Source of the DNA: Folioceros fuciformis
Taxonomy: Eukaryota
Length of the DNA stretch: 64,000 bases
NCBI GenBank assembly: GCA_049999805.1
Contig: JBNGIO010004611.1
Coordinates: forward strand, 1-64,000
Reading direction: 5' to 3'
Below the pieces are notes generated by a model. That model had not been told where the DNA came from, did no database searches, and saw only the letters and a program-made list of their open reading frames with translations. Positions 35,721 to 47,190 of the stretch are shown piece after piece; positions within the stretch are counted from its first letter, which is position 1; every line of letters starts with the position of its first letter. The translations under genes were made by a program, and so were the position numbers.

Positions 35721-36233
35721 AGTAAGCAGGCTGTCACCCACGTGGTCCTTTGTCCGGGTAGAATGTACAGGTATGCCAACTGCCTACGGCATTTATTCTG
35801 TCGACGATGCAGATCTTTCCATCTGTGTTTCTGATTACATGACATATTTCCATACTTGAGCTGCGACGTCGAGGGCATTTCGGGAAAAGCAAGAGTTCCG
35901 TGCCTACCGTTCCGAGGGAGGGTGAGAAGGTAAGTTGCGATTGGTTGCTGTCACCTTGACTGGAGAATATGTAGAATTTGAACTCTGAGCGTCGTCCCAA
36001 AGTGATGACTACACTGTCATCTTACTTGTGGATGCATATACGTGCACCATGCAGAGTTTTTGCGCAGAAAGCCTTTTCTGGCACTCCTGTCGCTCACAGT
36101 TGCTCCAATCAGTTTAGCCATGAGTCATAAACAAACATAATTCACGCTCCTGGCAAAAGCGGCACTTTGACTAACTGTAATAGCTCTGCCATGTTTCACT
36201 TTAGGTTCAACTACAGCGTGAGTCATGGAGGTG

Positions 36234-38642
36234 TTAATACTGCCGGTGCTTTCTGTCACCCACCATGAAAATGTGTACCCCCTGCGCATCTTCAACCAAG
36301 CTCCACCCGGGCTCTTTCCAAGCGCAACGCTCCTTCCGTAATCTCTCCACTTCCCAAGCAAGCTGAGAAAGGCCAGCATCAGCGTACATGTGCGACATCA
36401 ATATGTATGCTGCGGCATGCTCTGGGGCCAGATGCACGGCACTCGCAAAAGCTTGTTCTCCTAGTACTACGTTGCCATGTTTCCGACAAGCGCCTAACAC
36501 GCATAAGAACGTTGCCAGATTAGGCTGCATGGGCATCGTTGACAAGACATCGATTACATTTGCAAAGCAGCCTGCACTCCCAAATAGATCGATCATACAC
36601 ACATAGTGCTCAATCAGTGGCACTATACCTTGGACTCCAGTCATCAATTTAAAGTACTCCACACCTTTGTCCACTTCACAGGCACGAGCGCACGCAGAGA
36701 TGAGAGAGACAAGGGTCACTCCATCTGGACTGATACCTGCCATCCCCATCGTCTCGAAACATTGAGATGCTTCCTTTTCAAGCCCGTGCTGAGCATACCC
36801 TGCTAACATAGCATTCCATGTCACCACATCTTTCTTCACCATGTTGTCAAACACCATGCGAGCCTCACGCAAGCTGCCACACTTAGCGTACATGTCGACC
36901 AGACAGTTGCCAATCTCTTGATCACCTGCAAGTCCTCTCGCTTGGATTTGGGTATGCAGTTGCTTCCCGATGTGCAGTGCAGCAATGCTAGCACATGACT
37001 TCAAGAGAGACACAAAGGTTACATGATCCGGAGCAGCGAAGGCCTCCTTTTCCATAGTTGCAAAAAGACTCAATGCTTCTTGCCCACGCCCATGCTGAGC
37101 ATATCCGGTGAGCATCACATTCCACGTAATCACATCTTTCGTAGGCAGATTGTCAAATACCTTGCAAGCTTCATCAAAACTGCCACACTTCACATACATA
37201 TCTACCAGGCAATTACCAATAACTATATTGGAATCCAAACCTTGTGCTTGAATCTGCGCGTGTAGCTGCTTCCCATGATGCAGAGCTTCAATGCTGGCAC
37301 ACGTCTTAAGGAGGCAGACAAAAGTGACCTCATCCGCTGGAGTAACACCCTCTTCCTGCATGCTCGCGTACAGGGACAGGGCTTCTTGCCCTAACCCAAG
37401 CTCAGCATACCCTGAGAGCATGGCGGTCCATGCCACCACATCTTTTGTCACCAGTTTCTCGAATACCCTGCGAGCATCATCTAAACTCCCACACTTTGCA
37501 TACATGTCAACCAAGCTGCTTCCAACAACCAGATCCGATTCCAGACCATGTTTCCAAATCTGGGCATGAAGGTGCTTACCCTGCTCCAAGCCTCCAATGC
37601 TTGCACAAGCTTTGAGGAGGCATGTAAAAATCACGTCACCAGCAGCAGTGATACCCTGGTGCTGCATAATTTCATAGAGTTCCAGCGCTTCTTGCCCAAG
37701 CCCATGCCGGGCATATGCCGCGAGCATGGTCGTCCATGATACGAAATCTCTTGTGGCCAGATGGTCAAACACCCTGCGGGCATCATCCAAGCTTCCACAC
37801 TTTGCATACGTGTCCACAAGGCAGTTGCCAACGACCAGATGAGATGCCAGCCCCATGTCTCCAATCTGACCATGGACTTCCTTCACCTGATGTAGCTCTC
37901 CATGGCTCCCACACGCTTTGAGGAGGCAAAGAAATGTAACATGATTAGGGCAAGTGTTGCACATAAGCTGCATATTTGCAAAAAGAGAAAGCGCTTCTTG
38001 AGAAAGCCCATGTTGTGCGTATGCTGCAAGCATAGCATTCCATGTCACCACATTTCTCGTGACCATATTATCAAACACCCTGCGGGCGTCATCTAAACTG
38101 CCACACTTGGCATACATGTCCACGAGGCAGCTGCCTATAAATACATTGGCATCATCCCCAGTTCTCAAAACCTCAGCATGGACTTGCCTGCCGAAGGTCA
38201 ACTCTGCTACGCCAGCTCTGGCACAAGCTTTCATGACAGCCACGAACACATAGTTGTCGGGCAGCACCTTGGACTGCCGCATCTGCAAATACAAACGGAT
38301 CGCATGCCCAGGCTGTCCATGTTCAGCATATGCGGAGATAATAGAACCCCATGAGTGAACATTTGGAGCAGCCAATTCACTGAACACCTGCTCTGCTTCT
38401 TGCAACCGGCCCTGAGAAGCGTACATGCAAATTAGGTGGTTGGCTAAAAACCTGTTTGACTGGTACCCACTTTTCAACACGATAGCATGGACTGTGTTGC
38501 CAGCAAGGACCTTATCATCTGCAGTGCATCTTTTGATAACCTGGTACAGGACATCTGTGGGAACATACAAATGCTGCCTCAGCAGGAGGTCCAAGAATTG
38601 ACCCGCCTGTTCCAGCTCCCTTGACCTGCTGCAGGTGCACAA
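36234..38642 (-). CDS. PLS-class PPR protein D, divergent subfamily (5 P1L1S1-type L motifs + P2L2S2-E1-E2 + truncated E+); start probably on an upstream exon
   Basis: PLS triplets with a different consensus (YAQHGLGQEAL, LLKACA, DDARRVFD..TRD); EHYVCMIDLFGSAG; WKEPGWSLVED..VHIFMVGDRKH. No ATG near the ORF start; a tgcagcag acceptor lies at ~38628. Confidence 0.9.
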   Translation of the reverse strand: MCTCSRSRELEQAGQFLDLLLRQHLYVPTDVLYQVIKRCTADDKVLAGNTVHAIVLKSGYQSNRFLANHLICMYASQGRLQEAEQVFSELAAPNVHSWGSIISAYAEHGQPGHAIRLYLQMRQSKVLPDNYVFVAVMKACARAGVAELTFGRQVHAEVLRTGDDANVFIGSCLVDMYAKCGSLDDARRVFDNMVTRNVVTWNAMLAAYAQHGLSQEALSLFANMQLMCNTCPNHVTFLCLLKACGSHGELHQVKEVHGQIGDMGLASHLVVGNCLVDTYAKCGSLDDARRVFDHLATRDFVSWTTMLAAYARHGLGQEALELYEIMQHQGITAAGDVIFTCLLKACASIGGLEQGKHLHAQIWKHGLESDLVVGSSLVDMYAKCGSLDDARRVFEKLVTKDVVAWTAMLSGYAELGLGQEALSLYASMQEEGVTPADEVTFVCLLKTCASIEALHHGKQLHAQIQAQGLDSNIVIGNCLVDMYVKCGSFDEACKVFDNLPTKDVITWNVMLTGYAQHGRGQEALSLFATMEKEAFAAPDHVTFVSLLKSCASIAALHIGKQLHTQIQARGLAGDQEIGNCLVDMYAKCGSLREARMVFDNMVKKDVVTWNAMLAGYAQHGLEKEASQCFETMGMAGISPDGVTLVSLISACARACEVDKGVEYFKLMTGVQGIVPLIEHYVCMIDLFGSAGCFANVIDVLSTMPMQPNLATFLCVLGACRKHGNVVLGEQAFASAVHLAPEHAAAYILMSHMYADAGLSQLAWEVERLRKERCAWKEPGWSLVEDAQGVHIFMVGDRKHRQY

Positions 38643-39223
38643 TTGAGATTTAAACTCTGCCAGCCTGAAATGACAGTCAAACGAACAGCACAGTTGTGTA
38701 GTGCTTCAAAGCTGCAAACTTTGACAAATTTCCGAAGTGTGTCCAACAAAGCGGCACCCCCTAGTTGCACACTCAAGAAGCAACTAACTGATACCAAACA
38801 GTCAGTCTACTCTCGTGTTCAAGTTCAGCTTCACCATTCTCGCTTGACTGACCTGCGAAATGAGCCTATCCGATGAGACCTCCTTATTTGTAACCCGCAG
38901 TCGCTGGGAACACTTGCAGCGGTTTTTCTGCTAACAGGAGAAGGAAAAGCCAAGGGCCGGCCGTATTTCCACCATGGCATCCTCAGACACTAGCAGACGC
39001 AATCTGTTAACATTCAATTTCAAAAGATTAGCTAAAACCGTGCAGAGCAGCTTTGGCTTCCTCCTCTGGCCATGGCTGACTACCCAATTCCCAAGTGAAC
39101 ACAGATCTCGGCCCTTAACACCTGAAGAGGACATTCTTGCCCCTCTGCAACATCTATTGGACACAATACATGGGCCGTCACGTCTTGTCAGTTGAAAGTT
39201 CACAACGCTCTCGACCTCCCGCC

Positions 39224-39990
39224 ATGGATGCGGGCTTCGACGAAATAGGAAGTGGGGATCGGAGGTCGGGCCTGGCCAAGGAGTCACGGACCAAATCTGT
39301 GAGGAAGATGTGCGTTTGCCCTGTTCTCTGGCTTTTCTATCGTCTAATTTGGTGCAGGTGGTGCGATTCTCCATTATGGGAGGGGAGCGGATGATGAGGT
39401 AGCGTCGTAGTGCGGGTTTTCACCACATGTAAGCATCTTGATGTTATGGTTTTCGCTGGTATAGATTTCGTGTGCACTAGTGAAGTGTGGATGGTGGAGT
39501 GTGCAGGAGTTCTTCTGAATTCACCTGTTGGTTGCAGAATGGAAGACATGCAGAGGCACAAGCCCGTGGCAGGTGAGGAGGGGATGAGCGAATTGTTCAA
39601 TAATGCTCATAGGATTGAGCTGAGGATCTTCGATGCTGCTACCGACAAGGTAAGTTGGGTGGGAGTATAGGGAGACAGAGAAGGAGCTCGTTTACGTCTT
39701 TGCTGTTTCTCATGCTGGCCATGTGCTGTGTCTGTTGTAGGAAGATTATCTTGAAAGGATATCGTCGAAGAAGAGCTAGCTGGGCAGAGCAAGGAGACAA
39801 GGAATTGATTATGCTGGTGACCCAGGTGAGAGGGGGAGGCTGGGGAGAAGGGCGTACGAAGTGGTGTGGTTAACGTAATCTACTGTCCTATGTCCTTGTC
39901 TAGTTGCTTTATTTCTTGCCTAACTGTGCTGTGTTAGACACGTTCGATGAGTTTCCTGAGGAAACAAACTCCGCAGCTCCATCTGATTCA
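39224..39990 (+). pseudogene. MED15 partial duplicate 1 (KIX exons 1-3 and start of exon 4); splices to a 78-aa KIX-only ORF ending at 39779
   Basis: Exons 39224-39309, 39538-39649 and 39741 onward, with introns, align to 45948-46720; translation MDAGFDEIGSGDRRSGLAKESRTKSVRKIMEDMQRHKPVAGEEGMSELFNNAHRIELRIFDAATDKEDYLERISSKKS*. Confidence 0.85.
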
Positions 39991-40009
39991 GCAGCAGGCA
40001 CATTATGAG

Positions 40010-40510
40010 CAGCCACCTCTCACCACCGGAGTCCAAGAAGCCCCATGTGCCACAGAAGCTGATATCACCGTAGTCAAGCTTCTCACCGAAATTGAAGAAG
40101 CCGCCTGTAAACACCGAAGTCGAGGAAGCCGCCTATTACCACCAGCGCCGAAGAAGCTACTATCACCATCAAGATCGAGAAAGCCACCTGTCACCACCGA
40201 TCGAGTCCTTGCCAATTATCCCCACCGCAGTTGAAGAGGCCGCCTATCAGCATTGGAGTGGAACAAGTCGCTTATGAGCACCGGAGTCGACGAAGCCGCT
40301 CGACAGGCAGACAGAGATGAAGCCGCTTACTGTGGAATTCGGAGGCGCTTCTCCCACGCTCATTAACATCCAGGACATCGCCCTGACGACTTGTTCTGCG
40401 ACGTTGGTCTGCTCCCCTGGTTGATTTAAATACGAATTTGGCAATTCGAGTTTACAGAGCGAAGCTGCGGAGTAGCTCCTGAGAAGGAATCGCAGTGTGG
40501 CCGGCCAGGA
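40010..40510 (+). repeat. Diverged copy of the MED15 upstream region (homologous to ~45145-45900) with fewer 28-bp units
   Basis: Shares ctctca(c/t)caccgga.tccaagaagcccc at the start and cccctggttgatttaaatacgaatttggcaattcg...ctcctgagaaggaatcgcagtgtggccggcca at the end with 45145-45897. Confidence 0.9.
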
Positions 40511-41104
40511 AGTCTGCAAGAACCTCATGTAGTTGCTTTGCATTCTCACCTCACATTCCATGTTTTATTAGGACCCCAACTTCACTACAATGTCATTCAT
40601 ATTCTGAAGGCTGGCCACAAGCCACTGATTTTCCATATTTGCAAGGCCCACATTCTGCACTTGCACGTTGTCCTGCACTAACTGCACTCTTTAGCGTCAT
40701 GGGGTACCTGCACACAACTAAACTCCCACAAACTCTCTGCAGTTGCAACACCCATGGAAGTGGGATTTGGATGCGATTTAGTAAACCATAGATACACACA
40801 CATTTCATTCATTTCCCAATGTTCATGACCATAAGTTATAGTGCAAAGTAACAACCTTTGCAGCTCCATTAGTGTGATGCCCTAAAACCCTTAATGAGAT
40901 CGTGTGAGGGAAGCATTGATCTGTTGTTGTGTGCGATAGGTGAGAGAAAAAAAAAAAGTCTTCTCTATCGCTCTATCGAGTGATGGTTGGATCATGATGG
41001 CTAGATTGAGACACCTGAAAGCCTCCCACTACCGAAATGGTCATGACCATTACCTTCAGAGTACGAGATCGTATACTATGTTGTGGTGTCATATAGATAT
41101 TCCA

Positions 41105-41690
41105 TACACATGCCCATTTCAGGTCAAGAAGGCTTGGGCGGTTTGTACAATATTCCTTATAGGTTTTAGCAAAAGATCTTCACCGCAGCAATTGATCAAG
41201 TATGTCGGTTCGGTGTTTTTGTTTTATTGCTATGTAGGTTCTCATATTGGCCATGTGCTATGTTTGTTGCAACACAATTATCTTCGAAAGATATATGTGA
41301 AGATGCTTTCACTCGATACTAGGGCGTAAGGTGGTGTGGCTGACAAAGGGATGGCAGGAGGAATTGCCCAGAGTGGTGACCCATGTGAGAACGTGAGGCT
41401 GTAGGGAAGAGCGTGCATGGAGTGGTGTGGCTCAAGTAGTCTATTATCCGATGTCCTTCTTCATTCGCTTTATTTCTTGTCTGACTGTTCTGTGTGCACA
41501 AGTTCCATGGATATAATGAGCAACCAAACTCAAGCAGCATTAAACAAAGCTCAAGTGCTTGTGCAACTTGGAGCTCCAAGCCTTGAAGGACAAGTATTCT
41601 CAAGACATGCGTGACCTTCACAACATCCTGGCTATGTGGTGTCTTTTGCAACAAGATTATCTTCAAATCATATCGTTTGAGATGATTTAG
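41105..41690 (+). pseudogene. MED15 partial duplicate 2 (3' part of exon 2, exon 3, start of exon 4, plus a second exon-3 fragment)
   Basis: cacatgcccatttcaggtcaagaaggcttgggc..ttgtacaatatt..aaaagatcttcaccgc.gcaattgatcaag; NYLRKIYVKMLSLDTRA*; indels and stops; AT-shifted relative to the intact gene. Confidence 0.85.
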
Positions 41691-43849
41691 ATAGAAGGAT
41701 GGGTTAACAATCTCATGGAGATAAAGAATTCCAAAAGTGCTATAATGAAATAAAATTTGTGAGAAGGATTGGGTGACTATTAATCTAAAACTTAGGCAGC
41801 CTCCAAGTGGCCTTACATGGCTTACCAAAATGCGAGAGAGATCAAATATTCTAGATATACGTATATGTATGTATATGGTATCTAAATCTAGTCGCTAAGG
41901 TACACTTCCTCTCCCTAAACAAACACACCAAAGTAAGGAACAATGGTCGAACACCTTCGAATCCGAGGTGTACTAAGCGTACTTTTTATTTAAGTTTCTT
42001 CCACAAAGCTATGTCATGAAATTGGTTTTCCTTAAGCAAGGCAGATATGGATCCATTTGTGCGCCAACCCTATGAAACAATGTTGTTGTATGTAAGTGGT
42101 AGTTTCAGTGGTCCACATGAGTGGCAAGTAAGCAGCTTTTCACCTATGACTAATTTCTCGTTGTCGCCTTTCATATTGTCCATTCTTGGGGTGTCTATAG
42201 GTGGCAACACCTTGGCACCCGTTGCTATGCGAGGGTTGGCAGCAGGTCCTTTCTTGCACATGCACCCGACACCTTAGCTTAAAGCTCATCTTCTCCAAAA
42301 TGAAGATTATGTGTCACCCAACACCTTAGCTTAAAGCTCATCTTCTCCAAAATGAAGATTATGTGTCAATCTTTCTAGTACCCACCAAACGACGACATCG
42401 CATAGTGAATGAGCAAGCCATTTATGAAGGCGAGGAATATTTGACTAGTGGCACCAAAGCACATGTATGTAAAGAGTATCATGTGATAAACCTCATCCAT
42501 GTAAGAGGTGGGATAAAGGCCGAATTCGACAAAACACTAAAACAAAGTTGGCTTTTTTGCTATAATTTAAGAGTCAATGATAATATATTCAAATTCTTGC
42601 CTCATAATCTTCCCAAGATTTTTTGATATATGGAGCAAGATGGTTATTATAGTAGCTACAATTTGCCATGATTTTAATATGAATTTGGAGCCTCTAGGTA
42701 GAAGTGGAAATAGATTTATATGGATTACGCTATGGACAAAGCTCACAATGCCATATTGAACAGTAATAGTTTGAAAAGTGTGCATGGTTTGACATTGTTG
42801 TTCTTTACATGCATAGTTGTGCTCATATTGTTTTGTGTGTGAGGCTCATATCTATTTATACAAGAGGTCAAGTATTTATACAAGAGGTCAAGTGTGGCCA
42901 GTTCTACGATAAGAGAAATTAGCAATGAAGGCATGGCTTAAAACAAAAAAAACTTTCCTAGAGAATGTAATTGATGCTATTAGCCTGTTGAGCTCTATGT
43001 CTAAGAAATTAGAAGTGCTTTAAGAAGAGGAAAGCATCATAACTATAAACTTTAGTTGCCTCTAATATGGCCACTATCATGTTTTGCCACTAATCGTCGC
43101 ACTCATGCATGGTTCATTAGTTAATAATACTCTTACCACACTACATTATTCACATATTAAGCACGGCATGATGGTGCTATAAAAGAAAAGTGTTTACTTC
43201 TTTTAGACACCACAAAATCTCCTCCACTTGCATCCATAAGTCTCAAAGCTATAGCTTGGCTATAGCTTGGCTTCTTAAATCCTTAATTGGGTCACATGAT
43301 CTTCAACCATATTTATAACTAAACAATGCATTGAAGAGAATGCCCCTTCAAGACAAAGGCTACTTTACAAAAACAAGAGAATACAAACTTATAGTTGGAG
43401 CGGACACCTCTAAGCTAAACTTTTATGCCTGCTACTTGAAGTCAAGTCAACACATTTAGTTATCTGTGTATCTAGTTGATTTTATATTATATTAGATTTT
43501 TTTTATTATCTTAACTAAATATTTATTAATTATCATTAAGATTACTTATTAGCATACCATAATTATTAATTAATTACTATTTGCATGCACCTAAGCGATA
43601 GCACACGATCATGCTTGACACCACATGTTCTAAGTATAAGTCTTGGTTCGCATTTGAATGAAGAGTTTGAGTGTAAGTTTAAAGGTCAGGGTCTATAGTG
43701 GAGGCATGGTCTATGAAAATTGAGACCATCCTAGCCTAAAGCTTGCAAAGCCTTATACATAGTATTTAAAGTATGATTTCTTAGAGTCCATACATCAATT
43801 GCGTTGCTATCAAAGTTCGACTTTTATTTTTGATAGATAGAATTTGGTT

Positions 43850-44410
43850 GTAACTTTCGTTCATAACAACTATTAGAGGCATGTTATGTGAGAACCAAGA
43901 CCACCATCGTGTAGGGTTTTACAATGGTTGCAACTTTCAGTATTCATAGCAGCTACTAGATGCATGTTGTTTTACAATGGTTGCAACTTTCAGTGTTCAT
44001 AACATCTACTAGATGCATGTTCTCAAACATGAAGCATGTTATGTGATAGGAAGCATGTTCATAGTAGCTACTAGATGCATGTTCTTTTACAATGGTTGCA
44101 ACTTTCAGTGTTCATAACAGCTACTAGATGCATGTTCTCTGACATGGAGCATGTTATGTGATAGGAAGCATGTTCGTAGTAGCTACTAGATGCATGTTGT
44201 TCTACAATGGTTGCAACTTTCAGTGTTCATAACAGCTACTAGATGCATAGTCTCTGACATGAAGCATGTTATGTGATAGGAAGCATGTGTGATAGGAAGC
44301 ATGTTCGTAGTAGCTACTAGATGCATTTTGTTTTACAATGGTTGCAACTTTCAGTGTTCATAGCAGCTACTAGATGCATGTTCTCAGACATAAAGCATAT
44401 TCTGTGACAA
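43850..44410. repeat. Composite minisatellite, ~115-bp period (ttttacaatggttgcaactttcagtgttcata(a/g)cagctactagatgcatgtt...)
   Basis: The tacaatggttgcaactttcag motif recurs near 43917, 43971, 44085, 44200 and 44331; gctactagatgcat occurs about twice per unit. Confidence 0.9.
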
Positions 44411-44509
44411 TGAGATTACCATTGCATAGAGTTTGCAAAGACCTTCATATGGGTACGTAAAGCATGATGCAAGCTCTAGACATGGATATATAGACCATGA
44501 TCTCTTAGA

Positions 44510-44980
44510 AGCCCCGTGTCATTTCTATCCCTTAGAATCTCTGCATAAATCTACATTTCTATCCCTTAGAATCTGCATGAATCTACACGTCAACTAAGCC
44601 TACCTACAACCAACAACTCTACATGAATCTACATGCCAACTAAGTTAGCCTACAACCAACAACTTTCAGCATTCATATGCTACTACTGGAGAGTCAAAGA
44701 GAGTTAAAAAAAACACAAAAAACTACTTTTGATTGCTCCTTAGACAGTAAAAATACTTCTCACAAAAAACTACTTTTGACTACCCCTTGGTCAATAAAAC
44801 TACTTCTCATAAAAAACTACTTCTAACTACCCCTTGATCAAAAACTACTTCAGACTACCCCTTATTCATTAAAACTACTTCTCACATAAAACTGCTTTTG
44901 ACTATCCCTTAGTCAATAAAACTACTTCTCATAAAAAAACTACTTCTGATTACCCCTTGGTTAGTAAAACTACTTCCGAC
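44510..44980. repeat. Short direct repeats and an aaaactactt/tacccctt minisatellite (~58-60 bp period)
   Basis: catttctatcccttagaatct x2, cctacaaccaacaact x2 and about 10 copies of aaaactactt(c/t). Confidence 0.8.
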
Positions 44981-45149
44981 CCTAACCCAAGTTGTTTATC
45001 ATTAGAGTTAAAGAAATAGCTTTTCACCATAGTCGAATCACCCGAGTCGGTAGAAGAAGCCGGTTTATCACCACAAGAGTCAAGCTTTGTCAATGGAGTT
45101 GATGAAAGAACCTATTAGCATAGCATGGGAGTCGAGGAAACGGCCTCTC

Positions 45150-45660
45150 ATCACCGGATTCCAAGAAGCCCCCCGACGCAAATATCACCTTAATCGAGCT
45201 TGTCACCGAAATCGAAGAACCCGCCTATTACCACCGAAGTCGAGGAAGCCACCTATTACCACAGAAGTCGCAGAAGCTGCCTATTACCACCGAAGTCGAA
45301 GAAGCCGCCTATTACCACCGAAGTCGAAGAAGCCGCCTATTACCACCGAAGTCAAAGAAGCCGCCCATTACCAGATCAAAGAAGCTGCGTATTAGCACCG
45401 AAGTCAAAGAAGCCGCCCATTACCACATCAAAGAAGCCGCCCATTACCACATCAAAGAAGCCGCGTATTACAACCGAAGTCGAATAAGCCGCCTATTACC
45501 ATCGAAGTCGAAGAAGCCGCCTATTACCACCGGAACTGAAGAGGCTACTATCACCATCAAAGTCGAGAAAGCCACCTGTCACCACCGATCGAGTCCTAGC
45601 CACTTATCTCCACCGCAGTTGAAGAGGCCGCTTATCGGCATAGGAGGAAAACAAGCCGCT
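45150..45660. repeat. 28-bp minisatellite (gccgcctattaccaccgaagtcgaagaa) upstream of MED15
   Basis: Roughly 12-15 imperfect copies plus 21-bp deletion variants (gccgcccattaccacatcaaagaa-type). The non-triplet period explains the rotating KKPPITTEV / EEAAYYH / RSRLLPPK translations. Confidence 0.9.
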
Positions 45661-45947
45661 TATGGTCACCGGAGTCGACGAGGCCACTCAAAAGGCAGAC
45701 AAAGATGAAGCCGCTTATTGTGGCAGTCGGAGGCGCTTCTCCCGCGCTCAATAACATCCGGGACACGGCCCTGACGACTTGTTCTGCCACAGTGTCTGCT
45801 CTACCCCTGGTTGATTTAAATACGAATTTGGCAATTCGGGTTTGGAAAGCGAAGCAGCGGGGTTGCTCCTGAGAAGGAATCGCAGTGTGGCCGGCCAAAG
45901 TTTGAGCTGGAAGTTTACAGTGACGACTAGAGTGTCGGCTTCCCGAC

Positions 45948-46984
45948 ATGGACGCGGGCGGCAGTGGAAACGGAAGTGGGGATTGGAGGTCGGGCCTGGC
46001 CAAGGAGGCACGGTCCAAAATTGTGAAGAAGATGTGAGTTTGCCCTCTCCTTTAGATTTGCTACTGTCTAATTTGGTGCCGAGAGTGTGATTTTCCTGGG
46101 GGCGGGAGTCTGAAGTGGAGGTAGCCTCGTAGTCGGGGTTTTCGGATGTTAGGATATTGATGTCATCAGAAGAGGGTTTTGGCTGATATAAAATTGGTGT
46201 GCACGAGTGAATGTTGGTATACTAGTGTGGAGGAATTCCTCTGAATGGACTTGTTATTTGCAGAATGGAAACTCTGCAGAGGCACATGCCCGTTTCGGGT
46301 CAGGAAGGGTTGGGCGAATTGTACAATATTGCTTATAGGTTTGAGCAAAAGATCTTCGCCGCGGCAATTGATCAGGTAAGCCGGTGGGAGTGTCGGTAAG
46401 TTTGGTGTTTGTGGTTTATTGCTTCGCAGTTTCTCATGCTGGCCATGTGCTGTGTTTGTTGCAGCAAGATTATCTTCGAAAGATATCTTTGAAGATGCTT
46501 TCGCTCGATACCAGGGCGCAGGGTGGTGTGGCTGACGGAGGGATGGCAGGAGGAATTGCCCAGGGCGGTGACCCAGGTGAGAGGGTGAGGCTGTGGGGAA
46601 GGGCGCGCATGGAGTGGTGTGGTTGAAGTAGTCTACTGTCCGATGTCCTTCTCCATTCGCTTTGTTTCTTGTCTGACTGTGCTGTGCTGCACAGGTTCCA
46701 TGGGTGTAATGAGGAACCAGACTCAGCCGGCACCAGGTGGGGCTCAGGTGCCTGGGCAACGGCCGCAGATCATATCTCAAACACTGCAGGGCACCATGAA
46801 CGGAGGTCTGCCCTCTCTTGGTGGTCTGGCAACAGCTCCTGGAGCTCTGAATGCTCTTGCACAGAATGCCCTAGCGACCACTTCTGTCTCAAATCTCGCA
46901 CAGAGTAATGCACTTGCTCAAAGGCAACAGCTTATGCAGCATCAACAACAGCATCGGCAGCTCCAGCAGCACCAGCTCCAGCAG

Positions 46985-47016
<32 letters not shown>

Positions 47017-47041
47017 GCAGCAGCAGCAACAACAACAACAG

Positions 47042-47072
<31 letters not shown>

Positions 47073-47118
47073 TGCAACAGCTGCAGCAGCAGCAGCAGCA
47101 ACAGCAGCAACAGCAGCA

Positions 47119-47190
<72 letters not shown>

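Noticed and set aside
45087-45487. KKPPITTEVEEAAYYH repeat ORFs as an extensin-like protein
   Set aside because: The 28-bp period is not a multiple of three and all frames cycle through the same words; this is a non-coding minisatellite.
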